64,000 nt of DNA from Candidatus Bathyarchaeia archaeon. Its GTDB lineage: Archaea > Thermoproteota > Bathyarchaeia > Bathyarchaeales > Bathycorpusculaceae. Below, one piece after another: positions 1 through 9,209 of the stretch (the first letter of the stretch is position 1; each line of letters begins with the position of its first letter). Below the pieces are notes generated by a model. The model saw only the letters and a program-made list of their open reading frames with translations, searched no databases and was not told the origin of the DNA. The stretch lies in NCBI GenBank assembly GCA_049512075.1, contig JBEKXL010000010.1:10775-74774 (forward strand). The letters are read 5' to 3'. The position numbers were made by a program, and so were the translations under genes.

Positions 1-623
1 TTATAACCACCACGAATCCAACCAAGATTATGCACATGCGGGCCATAATACCAACCCCGACCCCTAGTGTAACGGAAAGCGTGAACAACATCACAACCAC
101 CCAAAAAACCAACACCCTTCAAAACCTCACGAGACAAAAGCTTCAACTCACTACCATCAGTAACATGATAAAGCTTCATAGGAACAGAAGTGATAACATG
201 TTCGACAAGCCCAAAATGCTTCGAACCCTCATTTAGCCTTTCCTCAGCCCTCACACTCTCACGAAAAGCAACGCGACGGTAACACTCAGGACATGAATAA
301 CGGTCACACGAGTGCCGCCCATTCTTCATATACACCTTACCCTCAGCATGAACAATTTTACCCTCAGCATCAAAATGGTCATGATGGTCTTTAACATTCA
401 AACAACCTTTAAAAACACCAAATTGACCACAATTATCCTTCGTAACAGAACCCTTACCGACTAACGTCAGACCTTTATAGTAAACCCACATCGCAGCCGA
501 CTCAACATCAGCCGAAGCATGTTCAATCTCATTCTCCTCATAAACTCGAATAGCCTCGGAATCGTCCACCATGTCCCTAACGGCTTCACCGTCAACAAAA
601 CGACCAAACTCATCCAAAAACAA
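1..623 (-). CDS. Rolling-circle replication initiator (HUH endonuclease Rep), 3' end runs off the window
   Basis: Manual translation: the frame is open from 692 to base 1. Likely TTG start at 623 after GGAGG (alternative ATG at 572). Reads ...CGQFGVFKGC...HSCDRYSCPEC (Zn finger)...HVITSVP (motif I)...VHAFRY...GWYYGPHVHNLG (HUH motif II). Absent from the ORF track because there is no stop in the window. Confidence 0.85.
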   Translation of the reverse strand, partial: MFLDEFGRFVDGEAVRDMVDDSEAIRVYEENEIEHASADVESAAMWVYYKGLTLVGKGSVTKDNCGQFGVFKGCLNVKDHHDHFDAEGKIVHAEGKVYMKNGRHSCDRYSCPECYRRVAFRESVRAEERLNEGSKHFGLVEHVITSVPMKLYHVTDGSELKLLSREVLKGVGFLGGCDVVHAFRYTRGRGWYYGPHVHNLGWIRGGY

Positions 624-736
624 CACCCTCCGTAATACGCCTACAACACTCGGTAAACCACACCCCAACCAAACCCGAACATCGCAGACGTACTACGGAA
701 AAAAACATCGTGGAAACAAAACATTTTGAAAACAGG

Positions 737-889
737 CTACTCAACAGTAACCACCTTCCTCGGAGTAAAACGCAAACCGCCCCTACGAAGTGGACAAGCC
801 ACAACTTTACCATTAGGCTCAACATGCGTACAAGAACCCGACTCAGAAACACACCAACGCCTAAAGTCAAAACGACACGGTCTAGTCAA
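737..889 (-). CDS. 50-aa Cys-rich protein upstream of Rep
   Basis: TTG start after GGAGTGG. Reads MTRPCRFDFRRWCVSESGSCTHVEPNGKVVACPLRRGG..., with four Cys. Confidence 0.45.
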   Translation of the reverse strand: MTRPCRFDFRRWCVSESGSCTHVEPNGKVVACPLRRGGLRFTPRKVVTVE

Positions 890-1311
890 ATAAACCACTC
901 CCAACTAGAAAACCTAAATGGAACAATTTTCTAGGGAATATATTTGTCTTCATACCACTTACCTCTTGGCACAACGCCCACCCGCGCCAGCAAAAGAAGA
1001 ACAACTAAGAACCTAACCAGAACAAAACCACAAAAAACCACCAAAACCAACAATTCAACTTAAACCGCACAGAGAACTCAAACCCCAAGCAGCACCACAC
1101 AGCAGACCAAACAGAGTCTCAAAATCACTCAATCAAACATAAACATCACAACAGTTCTTCCTCTGCTTTGCGCTCAGGCGAACCTTGCGCAATATCTAAC
1201 TAGCAAAACAACTATAAAAATCCATCCAAATATGAAAAGTCACGAAACGCACACAGAAACGCATGTCAGTCCTCGAAGACATAAGCCTTTCCCCTTCGCA
1301 AAAGCTTCAGG

Positions 1312-1605
1312 GTGCGCCTCAATCGCAATTTTTTACTGAAACAAAATGCCATACACGAACCTCGCAATCCTAAAAAATTGCTCATTCGGGAAAGGCATAT
1401 TGTCTTCTCGTTCACAAAACGAACTAAAAGGAAGGTGCTCTGCATGTGCACAACCCAAGAACAATGCGAGTATAAGCCTAAACTCGCTAGGCAACCAACA
1501 AAAAGAACCCTAGAAGAAATCAGATACGGCCAACTATGGGCCGAAATCGAACTACCAAAACTCTTAACAGAAACAAAAACCACACCAGAGGAGGTGAAAC
1601 AATGA
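1312..1605 (+). CDS. Hypothetical protein of the RCR element
   Basis: 97-aa ORF; stop overlaps (ATGA) a following ATG that has a GGAGGTGA ribosome-binding site. Confidence 0.35.
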   Translation: MRLNRNFLLKQNAIHEPRNPKKLLIRERHIVFSFTKRTKRKVLCMCTTQEQCEYKPKLARQPTKRTLEEIRYGQLWAEIELPKLLTETKTTPEEVKQ

Positions 1606-1784
1606 ACAAACAAGAACAAACACAAGATACGTGCAACATCAAACTTAGTCAACCAGATAAGACAGGTTCATGCGAGACCTTAAAGGAAAAGTGGTCCTCG
1701 TCGAGAAAGGAAAAGAGTACAGAATCTAAAGCAATACTTTGGTCTATTCATCAGATTAGAAAATCAGAAGTGGACTTTGGGTTG

Positions 1785-2423
1785 TCAGCCAAGGTCGACG
1801 ATCGAGCCACGGGGCAAGCTACCGGGTATCTCTCTCATGATCATCAGGGCTGCACCTACGCTTGTTCTGATTTCAACGGTCAGCTTGCTGTATGATGCCA
1901 GCGCATACGTGTCTCCTAGGTTTATGACGAGGTATGCCTTTGCGTTTTGCTTGAGAGTGGTGTCAGTAGCGAACTGACTGTTGTAGATGAAGCAGGTGGC
2001 GTTCGGAGCATTGGTCACGCTCGCCATTAAGTTGGCAATGTCTGTCTCATTCGACGTCACCGCCCCACTGTAAATGTTCGCAAGTGAAAAGTTCCCTCCT
2101 TCCACTGCAACAACAACAGTGTGCACAGCCAGGTCCACGTCCTCTTGGCCCACGGCCAGCTTCAGCGGAATTGCAAGATACGTTACGTTCCCGTTGGAGT
2201 TTGTTTCACCTGTTACAAACCCGTCAAGTTCAAGGGCGCTGGTAGCTTCCTTGATGCCCTTGTCAATAGTTGATTTAGCTGTTTGAGACGCGTAAAAACC
2301 CATGTTTATCACAACGTAGGCTAGGGCTGCAGCGATCACCACGAAGGCGATAAGCACGATTGCAGCCTCTATACCTACGATGCCTCGGTTTTTTCCACCC
2401 CTACGTTGCAGCCTTTTTCCCAT
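1785..2423 (-). CDS. flaB: Archaellin (archaeal flagellin, FlaB/ArlB family)
   Basis: Class III signal peptide KNRG|IVGIEAAIVLIAFVVIAAALAYVVINMG, then SQ-K..I..G. Start moved to ATG 2423. Confidence 0.85.
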   Translation of the reverse strand: MGKRLQRRGGKNRGIVGIEAAIVLIAFVVIAAALAYVVINMGFYASQTAKSTIDKGIKEATSALELDGFVTGETNSNGNVTYLAIPLKLAVGQEDVDLAVHTVVVAVEGGNFSLANIYSGAVTSNETDIANLMASVTNAPNATCFIYNSQFATDTTLKQNAKAYLVINLGDTYALASYSKLTVEIRTSVGAALMIMREIPGSLPRGSIVDLG

Positions 2424-2830
2424 CGTGTCCCACTCGGTCACAACTTTCTGTTCGCAAATAGAACAATGAAATTTCGCTCTTAAACCTTCTTTCCTTAGAA
2501 TAAATAGTTTGATTCGACTCATTACATTCGTATGTTCAAACAAGAGCTACTTTTCTGTCTCAGAAAATTAACTAGAACTACCTATTTGCAAGTCTTGTTC
2601 TGAATCAGAACGTGTTGCTTAGGGTCGATATGAAATGTGTAGGAAGGTTTCTCAGTCCACGAATTGACCTGTCGTGAAATGAGGCAGAAGACCCTAAGAA
2701 ACGCTGGGCGCGCCACCTGAATTCGTGAGGCAGCCGTGAAATCCTCCTTGTTTGCTGAGAAGACCCTAACCGTGTTGATGGCAAGATCAAACGTTGCCTA
2801 GGAGCCTGAAAAACGCAATATCTGCCTTAG

Positions 2831-4024
2831 TCATTCGCTTGTGTGAGGCATGAACTGCCATTTTTCTTGCTCAGCGTACATTTTCCTGAGTATTTCTGTT
2901 GCTTTTTCTCTGTCCAACGAAAGAAGAAGCTTCGCGATGTGTTTGCACAGTTTCTTGGTTGCCAGAACTCTCTCCCAATCAGCGCAATCGTGTGAAATCG
3001 TTGCAGCTTCTACATTTATGACTATATGGTAGTCTCTAATTACAGCATTGATTCGACTCGCATTCTGCTCTCGGATGGTTAGTTCACCGTTGTCGATCTG
3101 TTCAGCCCTCCGCAATCTCTCCGATGGAACGAAATAGTGAATCAGACTCTCAAAACTCATATCTCTAGGTTCAACAAAGCTTTCCAGCGTAGAACTCTTC
3201 AGTTCGGCTGAACTCTGCAGATATTTTTCGATCTTGTTCTTAGCATCAGCCTGTTTCGCGTTTATGTTTCCAATAATTTCCATGACTTGGAGACAGTTTT
3301 CAACAGCGTAGCCGTGGTAATGGTTGTTGAAATAGCCAAATATCTTTCCGACTTTTCCGGCGACATCCTTTACTTTCGGTATCCATGGTTCGAGCTCCTG
3401 GACGGAATAGCGGTAGTCGTACCACGGTCTTTGGCCGCGTCCGTGCCATCTGAAATATGCGATGTCTGAAGTTAGATGGATATCTGAAGGGAGCAGAGGT
3501 TCGTCGACGATTGTGTAGGCAACGCGATATTTCTCGAGCAGACTCCAAGTCTCACTTCTCATCCAAGACTTTTCTCGAAACTCTACGGCGAACCTCACTT
3601 GGGTGGGGAGTATTTTGAAGAAGCTTTCCAGTTCTTGAGGTCGATAATCAAACTTTGGCGGAAGCTGAATGAGTATGCACCCGAGTTTTCCGCTGAGAAT
3701 AAGAGGCTCCATGAGCTGAATGAACCTCTCTAGATCATGTTCTGCCCCTTCGTTTAAACTCAGTTTCTTATCGTGCGTGATGAGCCCAGGCAGTTTCGCC
3801 GCGTAGATGAAGCCTTCAGGCGAGTATCTCGTCCATCCCATGACTGTGCCTTTTGATGGGTATCTGTAGAAGGTAGAGTCGATTTCAACCGTTTTGAAGA
3901 TCTTAGAGTACGCGCGAAGCTTACTCTTGTCCATCTTCGTGTAGAACGGGCCGACCCATTCGTTGTAGCTCCATCCTGAAGTGCCTAGAAGGACGTTATC
4001 GGGAATTGAGGCCAAACCGTTCAT
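2831..4024 (-). CDS. DUF72 family protein with C-terminal SWIM-type zinc finger
   Basis: GTSGWSY, VEIDSTFY, LIQLPP, YFRWHGR, YFNNH; C-terminal HDCADW...LCKHIAK. Confidence 0.85.
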   Translation of the reverse strand: MNGLASIPDNVLLGTSGWSYNEWVGPFYTKMDKSKLRAYSKIFKTVEIDSTFYRYPSKGTVMGWTRYSPEGFIYAAKLPGLITHDKKLSLNEGAEHDLERFIQLMEPLILSGKLGCILIQLPPKFDYRPQELESFFKILPTQVRFAVEFREKSWMRSETWSLLEKYRVAYTIVDEPLLPSDIHLTSDIAYFRWHGRGQRPWYDYRYSVQELEPWIPKVKDVAGKVGKIFGYFNNHYHGYAVENCLQVMEIIGNINAKQADAKNKIEKYLQSSAELKSSTLESFVEPRDMSFESLIHYFVPSERLRRAEQIDNGELTIREQNASRINAVIRDYHIVINVEAATISHDCADWERVLATKKLCKHIAKLLLSLDREKATEILRKMYAEQEKWQFMPHTSE

Positions 4025-4941
4025 CTCATCACACGTTCTAACCTATCGGCGACTTCGTCTAAATCGTTGTAGGTCGCCTCTGGCAGCTTCTCCAGCAGGT
4101 TTTCTACGCGGATTCTTTTGGTTTCGGTTAGATCAAAGATTTTCCATCCTTGGCTGCGTATCAACTCTTGCTTTGTTGATGGAAATCTTGCATCTTCGCT
4201 CAGAACCTCTTCGAGCGAATCTAAGCCCGTCGACCTTGTAACCATCGGAAACTGCCCCGTTTGCTTGTAGGTTTTGAGCCTCGCTGCGTCCTTGTACATT
4301 CTAACAAAGTGGAAGCTCATAACTATCTTTTCGGACTTTCCACTTGAGGCTTTTTTGTCTATTTCTACAAGTTCCTCATCAGTAGGCTGGTACACATTGT
4401 GTTTCCCCTTTCCGAAAAGTCTGGTGTAGAGCATGTCAGATTCATACGCCGGCATCTCGGCCCTTGAAAGGTCCGTGCAGTGGACAATGTTGTATTCTTG
4501 CATGGTCTTGAGCAATTCAGGAGGAAGCTGTGAGGATCTTACCCCTCTGATTTCGAGAGCTAGCCGAAGCTTTCGGAGACTCACTGAGGAAAGTAGACTG
4601 TGAAAATTCGTGATTGACGTCTCAGTTAGTTCAAAAGAGGGCGGCACTTGGAGATGCATGACCTCGGCGTCCAGCGTGCTGCATATCTGGTTCATGCGTT
4701 CAAATGCTTCAAACGTCTCCTCCACGGGCTGAAGCTTGTACAGGTGCGTTATTGATTGATGTGCTCTGACTGAAAACTTGAAATCCGGGGGAACATGTCT
4801 TCTCCATTTCTCAACCTCTTTCAGTAGGGGTATTTGATAAAAAGTAGAGTTGACTTCCACAAAATTAAAGATTCTTGAGTAAGCCGTCAGCGATCCGAGC
4901 CCCGGAACTCGAAAGTATGCCCACCCACCCGTTCCGATCAA
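4021..4941 (-). CDS. Divergent DUF72 family protein with C-terminal DUF2795-like domain
   Basis: GTGGWAY, VEVNSTFY, YTRLFGKG; C-terminal ARFPSTKQELI...LPEATY. Confidence 0.8.
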   Translation of the reverse strand: MIGTGGWAYFRVPGLGSLTAYSRIFNFVEVNSTFYQIPLLKEVEKWRRHVPPDFKFSVRAHQSITHLYKLQPVEETFEAFERMNQICSTLDAEVMHLQVPPSFELTETSITNFHSLLSSVSLRKLRLALEIRGVRSSQLPPELLKTMQEYNIVHCTDLSRAEMPAYESDMLYTRLFGKGKHNVYQPTDEELVEIDKKASSGKSEKIVMSFHFVRMYKDAARLKTYKQTGQFPMVTRSTGLDSLEEVLSEDARFPSTKQELIRSQGWKIFDLTETKRIRVENLLEKLPEATYNDLDEVADRLERVMR

Positions 4942-5514
4942 ATACTCTTTAAAAGTTCACCACACTCCTGTTCTACTCAAGATTACGCAGCCAAGCAACA
5001 GTAATCTTCCACTCAAGTCCAACGCACGCATGAAACGCACATGAGCCATCCTTCTGTTTGATCTGCGATTTTCAAAGGGAACCCGCGGGATTTATGCCTT
5101 TTTCGTACGCATCAATCACTCAGCTCACGCATTTCAGCGAAAGGTTTCTCTTAGGAGTTGGCACAGTTTTCCCGATTTCCTCGAATCATATTTGGATCTT
5201 ATGGTGGATCTAGGGGTATGGTACACCAGCGCACGCATATCGAAGGCTGGAGAGACTTTTTAGAGTATCTTTGTTGGTGAGAAATCCTAATGGATTTGGA
5301 GAAGATGCTGATGGGTTCTCGAACATTTGCCATCGAAGGAACCAGTTTGCCCAGCCTGCTTTCTAGCCGATATGTATACTCGTGTGATGGATGTCTTTAG
5401 CCCAGAGCGGGAGAGACAGATCCTGGAACGCGCTGCATTTGATTGTTGATTTGAACCACGAATCCTAAACTCTCAGCGTATGTTTTCCAGTGTAATTGTA
5501 TGTTTTTTAGTCCA

Positions 5515-6765
5515 TCACTTAGCCTTTCTGAAAAGCATACGGTTTGTGTTTGGGTTGTTGCAGATATACGTCCATCCTGATTCTATCAGCTTCCCAGCTT
5601 CTTCGTCAGTGGCGACGGAGGCGAAATAGAACCTTTCGTCCTGTTGGGGTCTGAGTTGTTCCGTCCAATGCAGATATTTCTCCGTGTTCGAAAAGTGCTT
5701 ATGGCCCAGGTTATGCTGAACTTCTAAGGCTGATATGCCGTTGAGAATGTCCGTCGTGGCCCTGACGTGCCTGAATGTGTGAAAGTGAATCTTGATGAAG
5801 CTGGGTCTTACGTTCTTGTCAGCCACTCTCTTACGCTGGATATGGAACTCCTGACAGTACACGCCGTTCTTAGGGTTGAATACATACGTGTCATATTTGC
5901 GGGGAAGACTGTTCAGCAGGTCTATGAGGGTTCTTGAAACTCTGAGCCCGTACCTGGGAAGACTGCCCTTCTCGGGGTGAGTGATCGCAATCTTGCAGCT
6001 TTCAAAGTTGATGTCCGTCCATTCTAGCTTGTGAGCTTCTCCCCGGCGACATCCAGTTTCTAGCAGCGCACGACAGAATATTCCTAGCCTCTTGGAGAGT
6101 CCGGCGATGAACAGAAAGCAGTCTTGTTCTGTTGGGATGTAGGGCATTTTCGGCTCGTAGTTGACTTTGATAGGCTCCCACTGGATCCCGAAGAGTTTGC
6201 AGTATGATTTGTATGACTGGACGAGTAACCACTTCGTAGGTGTCGGATAATTCTTTACCGCTAGGACCGTTTCGACCGTTTCTGAGGTGTTCAGGTCTGC
6301 TCCGTCACGCATAAGTTGGGCTAGATGCTGTATTCGAAGCTTAATGGTGCTTGGCTGTAAACCGCGTTTGAGACATTTCCATTCGAACTGTGCTAGTATT
6401 CCTTCCTTATCTCCCGCAACCTTCACTATGGTTGCAGATGTCAAGTTTTTCGTTCCTGGCCAGGATACGCACACTTGACCGCCCCTCTCTCTATCTTTAA
6501 TCGTTTTTATTTTTTTATGTCCAAAACTGAACCTAAGACCGCAAGCACGGCACAGGTAACGCTGAGTCTGAGAACCATCACTAAGCTGTCGTAAACCATC
6601 TTTGTAAAGAAGACTTGAACCACATTGAGGACATTTTCGGGGTCTGGACGACTGTTGCGGCTCGTTTTGGCTTACGAACTCCCCAGTAGTTTCGCCGCTT
6701 ATGAAGTTAGTTGCGTTGTGGGAGACAGCCATTCCAAACCCCTCACTTGAAAAGTCAAGCCTCAC
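5515..6765 (-). CDS. Tyrosine integrase with N-terminal zinc ribbon
   Basis: CPQC..KDG..QRYLCRAC; catalytic ETGCRRGE, EKGS, HTFRH, LGHKH, EKY. Confidence 0.9.
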   Translation of the reverse strand: MRLDFSSEGFGMAVSHNATNFISGETTGEFVSQNEPQQSSRPRKCPQCGSSLLYKDGLRQLSDGSQTQRYLCRACGLRFSFGHKKIKTIKDRERGGQVCVSWPGTKNLTSATIVKVAGDKEGILAQFEWKCLKRGLQPSTIKLRIQHLAQLMRDGADLNTSETVETVLAVKNYPTPTKWLLVQSYKSYCKLFGIQWEPIKVNYEPKMPYIPTEQDCFLFIAGLSKRLGIFCRALLETGCRRGEAHKLEWTDINFESCKIAITHPEKGSLPRYGLRVSRTLIDLLNSLPRKYDTYVFNPKNGVYCQEFHIQRKRVADKNVRPSFIKIHFHTFRHVRATTDILNGISALEVQHNLGHKHFSNTEKYLHWTEQLRPQQDERFYFASVATDEEAGKLIESGWTYICNNPNTNRMLFRKAK

Positions 6766-6772
6766 GTTTCAT

Positions 6773-7852
6773 TCAACGGTGCTCTCCGCGTATTTTGGCT
6801 AGTACGGACTCTATGGTGTCGTCTATTCCGTTCTCACGTCTGAACGACTGAATCTCATTCACAACTTCGCTTCGTTTAGCGTCAAACTGAGATAGCACAC
6901 TTTCTCCAAGCCCATTCCAATGTTCGCCACCGTAGAGCAAGGCGTCTTCATAGATTTTTTGGGCTTCCACTGGATTCATTAGAAGGGCGTTAAGTTCAAC
7001 TTTCCTTCGACCAAACGCTTTAATGTAGTTCTGAACATAAGGCAAGTGAAAATGAGCATGGTTAGGATTCCCTAGGTCTTGGCCACTTGACGTTATCAGG
7101 TTGTTTATCCAAGGCAAGGCCAAGTTTTCAATCTGAACATGAGTCAGAGCGAACCTTTCAATAATCAAATCTCGCGGATCGTAGCCATGCGTACCGTCGG
7201 ACCAAACATGATGTTGAACGTCCTCAAGATTCTTTCGCAAATTGTCATACTGATAGACTCCTGGCGGATCATGATCTGTGCCGACCATAAGCACACATTC
7301 CAAACCCTTTTCTTCAGCTTCCTTGAATCGTCTACCATATTCATCCCTCTGAAACTTGCTGGACCATCCCTTAGTTGTGGCAATAGGAACATGAAAGCGG
7401 GAGCTAGTCGGCAGCCAGAGAGTTTTCAAGTCTATCTTTTCCACGATACATTGAATATAGAAACGCTCACCTTCCCACCAGTCAGGAACATAGTATTTCT
7501 CCGCGTTCTGAGCTAAAGACAACAATCGACCCAAATACTGAACGGGTGTTATGTCGTGCGGTATTTCAACACATGAAAAGGCTCTGCTCTCATCCTTGGC
7601 TAGAAAATCGCAAGGAATATAGCCCAAGTCCTCGGCTTCATGTATCAAACGCTCGGCAAGGTCAATGTCATCTTTCGTTATCAAGCCGAACCCAGCCAAC
7701 TGATAGCCCCATCCTCTAGCCGATACTGCGAAACCGATTCTGTCACCCAAAGCTTGCACGTTGTCAGAAAATCGTCGTAGCATGTGCAATCGGTCTAACG
7801 ACTTGCCTTTTGGCAATTCAATATGAACGTCACTGATGTTTATCTCGCTCAT
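6773..7852 (-). CDS. Stand-alone Top6A/Spo11-like TOPRIM protein
   Basis: N-terminal SARGWGYQL (like the RxxYY catalytic Tyr motif), TOPRIM IVEKIDL, KGWSS, TDHDPPG, ERFALT, VELNAL. Confidence 0.7.
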   Translation of the reverse strand: MSEINISDVHIELPKGKSLDRLHMLRRFSDNVQALGDRIGFAVSARGWGYQLAGFGLITKDDIDLAERLIHEAEDLGYIPCDFLAKDESRAFSCVEIPHDITPVQYLGRLLSLAQNAEKYYVPDWWEGERFYIQCIVEKIDLKTLWLPTSSRFHVPIATTKGWSSKFQRDEYGRRFKEAEEKGLECVLMVGTDHDPPGVYQYDNLRKNLEDVQHHVWSDGTHGYDPRDLIIERFALTHVQIENLALPWINNLITSSGQDLGNPNHAHFHLPYVQNYIKAFGRRKVELNALLMNPVEAQKIYEDALLYGGEHWNGLGESVLSQFDAKRSEVVNEIQSFRRENGIDDTIESVLAKIRGEHR

Positions 7853-8543
7853 CTAAATCGCCTTCCGCAACCGAACCATGTCGGCGGCGTAAGCGTCATA
7901 AAGCCGCTGAATGTCTGTTAGAACGCCATTCCGAACTAGCTCAGGCACTTCGAGACTTGCCAAAACTTCAGCAACACTCATAGACCTAGGAGATTCACCC
8001 TCACGTTTCTTAGACGCAAACAGTTTCTCACGGGCCTGAACAAAAGACAGCTCACCTTTCTGCATGGCCTCGAAAATGCCGGGATCCTCAAGAATCAATA
8101 GCCGTTGAGCCACATAAGATCGCGACTTACCGACGTCTTTTGCGATTTGTTCTTCCGTCTGTCCTTCGTCGGTCCGAGCCCTAAACTCTAAAGCCAATTC
8201 ACTATCAGAAAGGTTTTCTCTATGAATGTTCTCAGCGATTCTTCTATTCGCAATTTGCCGTTTACTCTTTTTTTTTCTCTATGACAATACAGCGTATGCT
8301 TTGCCAGTTCAGAAGTGCAGCAGCCCTAAACCGTCTTTCGCCCTCTTCAATCTCGAATAAAAACTCTTCATTCGGAACTCGATAAACGATAATAGGCTCA
8401 ATGAGGCCGTCTTTTGCCATGCTGGAGGCTAATTCTCGCAGTTTTTGTTCGTCAAAGACTTTTCTCGGTTGATTCGCGTCTACCCTAACTCTATCCAACG
8501 GAATTTCGATTATTTGTTCTGATTCGTTGTTGCTTGCGCTCAT
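7853..8543 (-). pseudogene. parB: ParB/Spo0J family protein split by a frameshift in an A9 run
   Basis: N half has NQPRK, GLIEPI, GERRFRAA. Removing one A from the T9 at 8268-8276 gives ...IAENIHRENLSDSELALEFR and joins the HTH (EEQIAKDVGKSRSYVAQRL). Confidence 0.85.
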
Positions 8544-8546
8544 GTT

Positions 8547-8768
8547 CTAAATCCTCATTGAGAATCCAAAAAAGCCGAGAACGCCATTCTGAATATTGCC
8601 TTGGCATAGAATTGAACCCAAGAGAAAAAGTGTTACGGCGTAACGCCCTAACACGGTGAAGTTTTTCTTACCTCTAGATATGAGAAAAACTGAAGCCTTA
8701 GCCTTGATGTCTGGCGTTATGCAGTCCATAGGAAGCGTCAGAATCTCAGTCTCAACCATGAATCTCAA
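8547..8768 (-). CDS. Small hypothetical protein
   Basis: 73-aa ORF tightly packed in the operon. Confidence 0.35.
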   Translation of the reverse strand: MRFMVETEILTLPMDCITPDIKAKASVFLISRGKKNFTVLGRYAVTLFLLGSILCQGNIQNGVLGFFGFSMRI

Positions 8769-8911
8769 GCTTCCTTCGGCATAGATGAACCTGCAGGATC
8801 CAAATCAGAAAAGTGAAGCACGTTTGCTGACGCAAGAATAGGACGCAAAAGGTCTATTGCAGAGCGCATTTCGACGTATAAGAGGACGTAATACTTGGCT
8901 CTCTGTTTCAT
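8765..8911 (-). CDS. 48-aa hypothetical protein
   Basis: MKQRAKYYVLL...PKEA; start and stop overlap both neighbours (ATGA, TTGA). Confidence 0.35.
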   Translation of the reverse strand: MKQRAKYYVLLYVEMRSAIDLLRPILASANVLHFSDLDPAGSSMPKEA

Positions 8912-9108
8912 GTTTTCACCTCTGGCGTAGGGACCTCTTGTTCATGGGCTTTAGTAGTCAGGACGGACAGTTCTTGCAGCAATCTCGTTGCAGCATATCG
9001 GTAGAAATTAGAACGGGTCATCCTCAACTTTTTGCGCGTCTCTTCAATTAGAGAATCCATGTCAGTTGAAACCCAGAATGTCCGACGCTTACCTTTTGAG
9101 TTTATCAC
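8908..9108 (-). CDS. Ribbon-helix-helix (CopG-like) regulator
   Basis: RRTFWVS..MDSLIEE....LRMTRSNFYRYA. Confidence 0.7.
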   Translation of the reverse strand: MINSKGKRRTFWVSTDMDSLIEETRKKLRMTRSNFYRYAATRLLQELSVLTTKAHEQEVPTPEVKT

Positions 9109-9209
9109 TTCATCACCTCAAATCATACGTAGTGCTAAAGTTGTGCATAACTCTTTTATAGTTTATCGTGCTAAAGTCATTCGTAAAGTTATTCAGAAAG
9201 GTTTTGACC

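Larger units (their letters stand above)
1..1650. mobile_element. Right end of an integrated (or co-assembled) rolling-circle plasmid/ssDNA-virus-like element
   Basis: Rep gene, small ORFs and a strong strand skew (plus strand A/C-rich, G-poor) that fades around 1650. Boundary approximate. Confidence 0.65.

Noticed and set aside
30-934. ORF-track calls 30..236, 610..870 and 710..934
   Set aside because: Shadows of the skewed composition; the Rep frame and 737..889 explain the region better.
5448-5466. GATTTGAACCACG as a tRNA T-loop att site for the first integrase
   Set aside because: Only about 10 bp, no paired stem or acceptor strand, and no partner at the other end of the island.
6773-7852. 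Wadjet system or host topoisomerase VI
   Set aside because: No JetABC/SMC or Top6B gene nearby.
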